In this document: piece by piece, positions 27,555-32,000 of the stretch
How the letters are laid out: the number at the start of each line of letters is the position of its first letter
Numbering within the stretch: the first letter of the stretch is position 1
From: Inquilinus limosus
GTDB taxonomy: Bacteria > Pseudomonadota > Alphaproteobacteria > DSM-16000 > Inquilinaceae
Assembly (NCBI RefSeq): GCF_051487185.1
Contig: NZ_JAHVDK010000007.1
Coordinates: forward strand, 158,241 to 190,240
Reading direction: 5' to 3'
Length of the DNA: 32,000 nucleotides
Notes under the pieces: generated by a model
Seen by the model: the letters and a program-made list of their open reading frames with translations, nothing else
Told to the model about the DNA's origin: nothing
Database searches by the model: none
Position numbers and translations under genes: made by a program

Positions 27555-28189
27555 GGCATCAGCCTCTCGATCTCGGCGGCGAGCATGCGGATCTCGCGGA
27601 CGGCGATCCGGCTGCGCGGGAACTCGCCGACGAGGCGGCCGCTGCGGGCGGCGTCGGCGAAGGCGACGCGCTGGCCGATGCGCACGGCGAGCGCCGGCGG
27701 GTCGGCCCTGGCGAGCGACATCGCGGTGTCGTGCGCGATCACAGTGCCGGCACCGCAGCGGTTCAGCAGGAACCGCGCCAGCAAGTCGGGCCGGAACTGC
27801 CGCGCCTCCTCGAGCAGCCGGAGCGTCTCGGCCGAGGCCCAGCCGTCGAAGGGCGAAGGCTGGACCGGGATCAGCACGAGGTCGGCAGCGAGCAGCGCCG
27901 AGCGCATCAGCGCGGCGACGCGCGGCGGCCCGTCGATGACGATGTGGTCGACGCCGCGGGCGATTTCCGGCGCCTCCCGGTGCAGCGTGTCGCGGGCGAG
28001 GCCGATGACGCCGAAATGTCGCGGCCGGCCGGCCCGCGCCCGCTGCTCGGACCAGTCGAGCGCCGAGCCCTGCGGGTCGGCGTCAATGACGGTGACGCGC
28101 CGGCCCTGGCGGGCCCACTCGCCGGCAAGGTGCAGGGCGAGCGTGGTCTTGCCGACGCCGCCCTTCTGGTTGAGCAGCGCCACGATCAT
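27551..28189 (-). CDS. parA: ParA-family partition ATPase
   Basis: It has the deviant Walker A MIVALLNQKGGVGKTT, plus VIDADPQGS and IVIDGPP. Confidence 0.93.
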   Translation of the reverse strand: MIVALLNQKGGVGKTTLALHLAGEWARQGRRVTVIDADPQGSALDWSEQRARAGRPRHFGVIGLARDTLHREAPEIARGVDHIVIDGPPRVAALMRSALLAADLVLIPVQPSPFDGWASAETLRLLEEARQFRPDLLARFLLNRCGAGTVIAHDTAMSLARADPPALAVRIGQRVAFADAARSGRLVGEFPRSRIAVREIRMLAAEIERLMP

Positions 28190-29229
28190 GGCGGGCCTCG
28201 ACGGGCAGCGACGGCTGCACTCCGGAGCGCACCATCATCAATGTTAGAGTTTTCTAAGTTAGACTCTAAGTTACGGGCGCCGATCTCGTTGGCAGACCAA
28301 AGACTTAGCTGGGTTCCGTGCGCCTGATGTACCGATAGCGCCGCGCCCGAAGTACCGATACCCGCTGCGCCCGATGTACCGAGTGCAGTCACAGGCTTAT
28401 CCACCGATTCTGTGGATAAGTCGGGGCCTCCGGTGGGTATAACCCATAGCAGGCCGCCCGCCTCGAAAACCAGCCGATAGCCGGGCAGCGGCTGGCGGGC
28501 GGCGATACGGCGGAGGTCGAGGGCGAAGTCGGACAGCCGGGCCAGGCTGCCGGACTTGGCGTGGAGATGGCGGACCTCGAAGGCCCAGCCCGAGGGCTGT
28601 CGGCCGGCATGCTTGCGGGCGACCCGGTAGAGCCAACGCTCGATCCCGCCCGTCAGCCGGAAGTACGCCGGGTCGATGGTCAGCACCAGCGAGCGGTCCA
28701 GCACGCCGCGGTAGAACCAGTCCGGCAGCACGAATTCCATGCCGCGGCAGCGGCCGAAGCCGTCGACCAGCTCCTGCCATTCGCCGATCCAGGAGAACTG
28801 GTGCCGGCGCCAGTTGGGACCCTGGCGGATCGTGGTCAGCACCACGGTCGACTGCAGCCGCTGCAGCGCCGCCTTGAGGAGCCGGTATTGGCGGAAGCCG
28901 GTGTCCCGGCCGGTCGCCCGCAGGATCTGGTACGGCGTGAAGCGCAGGAAGCGCGAGGTGCGGAGGCCATGATCAGCAGCCTCGACGATCTGGGTCGCGG
29001 CCCAGATCAGGATGTCGGCGTCCCAGATGGTCGCCATGCCGTGCTCCGGCACGGCGTAGATCTGCACTTCCGTCTCACCGGCCTGATAGAGGATCGGCCG
29101 GGTGCGCCGGCCCTTGGCCAGCGAGAAGAAGGGCCGCTCCATCAGGTCGCGCTGGTCGCGCGGGCTGACGCCGTCCCCGGGCAGCGCCACGAAAGGATCG
29201 AGTGTTGCCCGCTCGGGGAGACTGGTCAT
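28186..29229 (-). CDS. repA: replication initiator protein A (RPA family)
   Basis: 347 aa. Supporting sequence: RDLMERPFFSLAKGRRTRPILY, ATIWDADILIWAATQI, and ERWLYRVARKHAG. The stop shares ATGA with the parA start. The C-terminal tail is encoded by repeat-rich DNA. Confidence 0.88.
   Translation of the reverse strand: MTSLPERATLDPFVALPGDGVSPRDQRDLMERPFFSLAKGRRTRPILYQAGETEVQIYAVPEHGMATIWDADILIWAATQIVEAADHGLRTSRFLRFTPYQILRATGRDTGFRQYRLLKAALQRLQSTVVLTTIRQGPNWRRHQFSWIGEWQELVDGFGRCRGMEFVLPDWFYRGVLDRSLVLTIDPAYFRLTGGIERWLYRVARKHAGRQPSGWAFEVRHLHAKSGSLARLSDFALDLRRIAARQPLPGYRLVFEAGGLLWVIPTGGPDLSTESVDKPVTALGTSGAAGIGTSGAALSVHQAHGTQLSLWSANEIGARNLESNLENSNIDDGALRSAAVAARRGPP
28253..28273. repeat. tandem TCTAAGTTA repeats (12-bp period) in an AT-rich island
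   Basis: TCTAAGTTA occurs at 28253-28261 and 28265-28273, and TTAGA/TCTAA inverted arms lie at 28244-28257. This is the only AT-rich patch in the area and sits just upstream of the parA start. Confidence 0.6.
28326..28385. repeat. three iteron-like direct repeats (GA[T/A]GTACCGA, 23-24 bp period)
   Basis: GTACCGA occurs at 28329-28335, 28352-28358 and 28376-28382, each with the shared flank (C)CGA[T/A]. Confidence 0.6.
28396..28420. promoter_or_regulatory. inverted pair of DnaA-box-like sequences
   Basis: The sequence is CTTATCCAC-N7-GTGGATAAG. The + strand reads TTATCCACC (28397-28405, 8/9 to the consensus) and the - strand reads TTATCCACA (28411-28419, 9/9 to the TTATCCACA consensus). Confidence 0.55.
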
Positions 29230-29522
29230 CGTCCCCTCCCCGGCTCGGGGCGATCGGCGTATTGCGGTGCCACCGCGGCGTGGCGCTTGGCCGGCAGCAC
29301 GGTGTCGGTGCCGGGATCCGAGGTAGAGCGCTTGGCGCCGCGGTCGGCCCAGGCCTGAAGGTCCTCGATGGTGTAGACGACGCGGCCGCCGATCTTGCGG
29401 TATCGCGGGCCGGTGCCGTAGGTGCGGTGCTTCTCCAGAGTTCTGCCGGACAGGCCGAGGAAACGCGCGGCCTCGGGCGTCCGGAGAAAGCGCGGCGGCA
29501 TTCCGGCCAGAGGGTCAGGCAT
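29226..29522 (-). CDS. helix-turn-helix DNA-binding protein, excisionase/MerR-like (possible recombination directionality factor)
   Basis: The ATG at 29522 gives MPDPLAGMPPRFLRTPEAARFLGLSGRTLEKHRTYGTGPRYRKIGGRVVYTIEDLQAWA, an HTH_17-type pattern. It is the first gene of an ATGA-coupled chain. The ATG at 29501 is an alternative start. Confidence 0.72.
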   Translation of the reverse strand: MPDPLAGMPPRFLRTPEAARFLGLSGRTLEKHRTYGTGPRYRKIGGRVVYTIEDLQAWADRGAKRSTSDPGTDTVLPAKRHAAVAPQYADRPEPGRGR

Positions 29523-29619
29523 GGTCGGGCTCCGTGATCTTCGGGAAGGCCGCCGGACAGGGCGGCCGGTCGAAGGCCACGGTGGCGAAGCGCCGCCGCG
29601 CGGGCGGATGGCGAAGACC

Positions 29620-29642
29620 GGGGTGGCGACAATCGCCACCCC
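29620..29642 (-). terminator. GC-rich hairpin after the DUF2285 gene (terminator-like, no clear U-tract)
   Basis: GGGGTGGCGA-caa-TCGCCACCCC is a perfect 10-bp stem. It lies 9 nt downstream of the stop at 29651. Confidence 0.4.
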
Positions 29643-29650
29643 GGCTGCTT

Positions 29651-30193
29651 TCAGCGTCGGGGCCCGAGCAGCCGGCGATAGCCGCCGCGCATCAGGGCCA
29701 GGCCGGAGCGGACGAGACGGATGGTCCGGTCCCGGATCGACGAGGTCTTCCAGCTTTCCTCGCAGACGCGGTCGGCGCCGAACAGCACTTCGGCGATCTC
29801 GCGATAGCTCGCGCCCTCCGACCGTCCGTCGAGGGCGCGGAGCGACGCGACAAGGCGCGCCCGTCGCTGCGTCGGCAGGATCGGCGGAGCCTGTGGTCGT
29901 CCCTCGCGAAGCAGACGCCAGAAGCGAAGCGTCGCTTCGGCTCGAAACGGTGCTGTCACGTCCAGCGAGAGGGCCGCATCAACGGTGGTGCCGCGGGCCG
30001 GAGGCCCCGGCAGCCAGAGGCGATGCGTGCTGCGGCCATCGCGCAGCAGCAGATGCAGGCCATCCGCGCTCCGGCGTTCGGCAACGGCGCCGAACCAGGC
30101 GTCGGGATCGAAGACGATGGCGTCGGTCGGAGGATCAGGGAGGGAGGGGGTCAGAATCACCGTGCGGACGTGCAGCTCGGGCAGCCAGAACAC
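29651..30193 (-). CDS. DUF2285 domain regulator, C-terminal portion of a split gene (frame is open up to 30235)
   Basis: The C-terminal block is SLRALDGRSEGASYREIAEVLFG...GGYRRLL. The track start is a GTG with no obvious RBS. The upstream in-frame sequence reads PFLADPRRRASEQPVFWLPEL. Confidence 0.75.
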   Translation of the reverse strand: MFWLPELHVRTVILTPSLPDPPTDAIVFDPDAWFGAVAERRSADGLHLLLRDGRSTHRLWLPGPPARGTTVDAALSLDVTAPFRAEATLRFWRLLREGRPQAPPILPTQRRARLVASLRALDGRSEGASYREIAEVLFGADRVCEESWKTSSIRDRTIRLVRSGLALMRGGYRRLLGPRR

Positions 30194-30416
30194 AGGCTGC
30201 TCGGAGGCACGCCGGCGCGGATCCGCCAGAAAAGGTCAGCCCCCAGCGCCGGGCGAGGTACGCAACCTCGGCCTCGGGGCCGAGAGCCTCCTTCCCCTGC
30301 GCGCGCTCGTAGTCGCTCCGATACTCCGGATACCGCCGCAACGCCTCCCAGGCGAAGTCCGGGGCATCCAGATTGGAGTCGTAGGCGGCCCGTGACCGCC
30401 AGTCGCCATGTGGCAT
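30135..30416 (-). CDS. DUF6499-like N-terminal portion of the split DUF2285 regulator
   Basis: The ATG at 30416 follows GAGGGAG and gives MPHGDWRSRAAYDSNLDAPDFAWEALRRYPEYRSDY...ARRWGLTF. After that the frame yields an Ala/Arg-rich tail that looks non-native. Confidence 0.7.
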   Translation of the reverse strand: MPHGDWRSRAAYDSNLDAPDFAWEALRRYPEYRSDYERAQGKEALGPEAEVAYLARRWGLTFSGGSAPACLRAACVLAARAARPHGDSDPLPP

Positions 30417-30498
30417 GACGTCTCCCTCGGTCCGGCATCATCAACGATGCACCGGCCGCATCTTGGGAGAAGTTTCCTGGCTGAGAAGTCCTCGCAAC

Positions 30499-30514
30499 GG
30501 CATCACGTGATGCC
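30499..30514. promoter_or_regulatory. perfect 16-bp palindrome GGCATCACGTGATGCC upstream of the split regulator gene
   Basis: Read directly from the sequence. It lies 83-98 bp upstream of the ATG at 30416. A looser copy, GGCATCA-N5-GATGCACC, sits at 30434-30453. Confidence 0.5.
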
Positions 30515-30608
30515 GATTGCGTGCACAGCCGACTCCGCGCCTCGCCTCAAAGCTGCAAGTGCGACGATGTGACTCTCCGGAAATCCGGTTCTCCGGATCG
30601 GCGGCGGG

Positions 30609-30863
30609 TCAGCCTTTGCGCAGGAGCTCGCGATAACCTTGGGCGCTGAGCCAGCGGGCCCGGGCGAGATGGCTCTCATGGCATTTGCGGACGCGCTCCG
30701 GATCCCGCTCGGGATCGAGGCCGAGCACAATCCTGGCGACCTCGCGCCAGTCTGCCGCCTCTTCCGCCGCGTCGAGCAGCCGGAGATAATCCACCAGATG
30801 CTCCCGGTCGTAATCGGTCAGCTCGTCGCCGGTCGGCGCCGTATCGGCAAACGAAGGAGCCAC
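30609..30863 (-). CDS. stand-alone DUF2285 domain protein (QseM-like candidate antiactivator)
   Basis: 84 aa with a GTG start after GAGGGGG. LVDYLRLLDAAEEAADWREVARIVLGLDP...AQGYRELL parallels the C-terminal domain of the neighbouring DUF2285 regulator. Confidence 0.7.
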   Translation of the reverse strand: MAPSFADTAPTGDELTDYDREHLVDYLRLLDAAEEAADWREVARIVLGLDPERDPERVRKCHESHLARARWLSAQGYRELLRKG

Positions 30864-30990
30864 TCGTCCCTACCCCCTCATCGGGTCCGCAGTGTCAGCC
30901 GCCGGACAATATGCCCTACAATTAGCGGGGCTGTCACGGCCGTAGCAGATCTGGCTTGCCGGTCGTCGATCAGCGAAGCCGGCTAATGTA

Positions 30991-31015
30991 GACTATAGTC
31001 CGTGGTTCGATAGTC
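30991..31015. promoter_or_regulatory. candidate operator: palindrome GACTATAGTC plus an extra ATAGTC half-site
   Basis: A perfect 10-bp palindrome lies at 30991-31000 and GATAGTC at 31009-31015. Both are 23-47 bp upstream of the XRE gene start. Confidence 0.4.
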
Positions 31016-31037
31016 AACAGACGGCTTGTCTGCATGC

Positions 31038-31262
31038 ATGGACATGCGCAAGCTGGTGGCCCGCAACCTCAAGAAATTCCGCATCGACGCGGACCTGTCT
31101 CAGGAGGAGCTGGCAGAGCAGTCCGGAGTCGATCGCACGTACATCAGTGGGATCGAGCGCGGTGTCCGCAATCCAACAATCGTCATGCTTTGGCAAATCG
31201 CGTCCGTATTGAAGATCGAGCCTTGGCAACTGATCCATCCGGACTCGACGGCAGACGAGTGA
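31038..31262 (+). CDS. XRE-family helix-turn-helix repressor (QseC-like candidate)
   Basis: The sequence (MD)MRKLVARNLKKFRIDADLSQEELAEQSGVDRTYISGIERGVRNPTIVMLWQIASVLKIEP is an HTH_3 pattern. The track ORF starts at TTG 31026; ATGs lie at 31038 and 31044. Confidence 0.85.
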   Translation: MDMRKLVARNLKKFRIDADLSQEELAEQSGVDRTYISGIERGVRNPTIVMLWQIASVLKIEPWQLIHPDSTADE

Positions 31263-31273
31263 AATGAGAAGAC

Positions 31274-31301
31274 CCGCCGATCCGCGAATGCGGATCGGCG
31301 G
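31274..31301. terminator. strong hairpin between the convergent XRE and DUF932 genes
   Basis: CCGCCGATCCGC-gaat-GCGGATCGGCGG is a perfect 12-bp stem. The flanks are AAAA on the + side and a T-containing stretch on the - side. Confidence 0.5.
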
Positions 31302-31336
31302 AAAATAGCAGATCCTGGAAGGCGTAGAGACGCAAG

Positions 31337-31366
31337 GCCGTGCAGCCGGCAATCCAGCTGCACGGC
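31337..31366 (-). terminator. hairpin directly after the DUF932 stop
   Basis: GCCGTGCAGC-N10-GCTGCACGGC is a perfect 10-bp stem. It lies 10 nt downstream of the stop at 31377. There is no clear U-tract. Confidence 0.35.
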
Positions 31367-31376
31367 TCCGTGATGA

Positions 31377-32000
31377 TCAGGCGGCGCGCTCCAGCAGCGC
31401 CCGGGCCTTGCCCTCGAGCTCGAGCCGGCCGTCCTGGTGCGGCTTGGTCCGCGCCAGCGCCGTGATCCCCTGCACGAAATCGAACAGGCTCTCGGGTGGA
31501 TGCCCCTCCTCGTTCAGCACGGTCGCGATGATCCGTGCCGTCTCCGGCTTGGAGAAGCCCCGCTTGCGCAGGAAGGCCTGTCGGTCCTCCTCGGTCCGGG
31601 CGACGATCCGCTCCCGTGCCGCTTTGATCCCGGCGACGAAGGGGGCCGGGCTGGAGTTGGCGAAGCTGGCCAGGGCCGGCGCCGCCTCATGGGCGAAGCG
31701 CTGCGCCGCGAACTTCGAATGTCGGATGGTGATCTCCTCAAAGCCTTCCACGCCCCAAAGGTTGCGATTCTGGCAGACGGCGCGGAGATAGAACGAGGCG
31801 ATGCCGAGGGTCTTCGACCCGACTTCCGAGTTCCAGGCGTAGAAACCACGGAAGTAGAGGTCCGGCTCGCCGTTCGGCAGCCTGCCCACCTCGATCGGGT
31901 GTGTGTCGTCGACCAGGAACAGGAACACGTCGCGGTCGCTGGCGTAGAGGGTGGTCGTCTCCGCCGTCACGTCGACGAACGGGTTGTGGGTCATGGTCGC
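31377..32000 (-). CDS. DUF932 domain protein, C-terminal part (gene continues past the window edge)
   Basis: Supporting sequence: LYASDRDVFLFLVDD, FYAWNSEVGSKTLGIASFYLRAVCQNRNLWG, and ITIRHSKFA. Six more in-frame bases, with no stop, follow the track ATG at 31994 to the window edge. DUF932 proteins are longer than this. Confidence 0.8.
   Translation of the reverse strand, partial: ATMTHNPFVDVTAETTTLYASDRDVFLFLVDDTHPIEVGRLPNGEPDLYFRGFYAWNSEVGSKTLGIASFYLRAVCQNRNLWGVEGFEEITIRHSKFAAQRFAHEAAPALASFANSSPAPFVAGIKAARERIVARTEEDRQAFLRKRGFSKPETARIIATVLNEEGHPPESLFDFVQGITALARTKPHQDGRLELEGKARALLERAA

Larger units (their letters stand above)
6512..32000 (-). mobile_element. conjugative element backbone (ICE-type; Trb/MPF-T T4SS, TraG, MOBP relaxase, RepA/ParA, DUF2285/XRE regulators), partial
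   Basis: A contiguous, co-oriented set of conjugation, maintenance and regulation genes runs off the right edge of the window. No integrase or att site is present, so the left boundary (about 6.5 kb) is only the last recognisable backbone gene. Confidence 0.85.

Noticed and set aside
30576-30598. Three TCCGG units at an 8-bp period, including the hairpin ATCCGG-ttct-CCGGAT, just after the stop of the stand-alone DUF2285 gene
   Set aside because: The stem is only 6 bp and has no real U-tract. TCCGGA is self-complementary, so such patterns arise easily. It is noted as at most a weak terminator and is not called as a feature.

Overview
High-GC, alphaproteobacterial-looking DNA in two parts. (1) Positions 1 to about 6550, + strand: a tightly packed metabolic cluster. 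It holds an SDR fragment, a BKACE/DUF849 enzyme, a two-domain dihydroxyacetone-kinase-family kinase, a second BKACE, an SDR, an FAH-family enzyme encoded by visibly lower-GC DNA, and a LysR regulator. (2) Positions about 6510 to 32000, almost all on the - strand: the backbone of a conjugative element with a P-type (Trb) type IV secretion system. The genes are DUF2274, trbI-G-F-L-K(alt)-J-E-D-C-B, a 4.2 kb lower-GC cargo insertion (sugar-porter MFS, DapA-family aldolase, LacI regulator), an RHH protein, the TraG coupling protein, a MOBP-type relaxase, two small unknown ORFs, a lytic transglycosylase, a TraF-like S26 peptidase, DUF2840, an RHH protein, ParA, replication initiator protein A, an excisionase-like HTH protein, a split DUF6499/DUF2285 regulator, a stand-alone DUF2285 protein divergent from an XRE repressor, and a truncated DUF932 gene. 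No integrase, att site, tRNA, rRNA or CRISPR array was seen, so ICE versus plasmid and the element boundary stay open. The points most worth follow-up are: a prfB-like +1 frameshift site joining the two halves of the DUF2285 activator; the QseC/QseM-like divergent switch beside it; an oriV-like cluster (iterons, a DnaA-box pair, AT-rich tandem repeats) inside the 3' end of repA; a candidate oriT with a T-border/IncP-like nick core; the cargo insertion that splits traG-RHH from trbB; and a BKACE-kinase-BKACE operon in which each BKACE paralog lacks a different canonical metal ligand.
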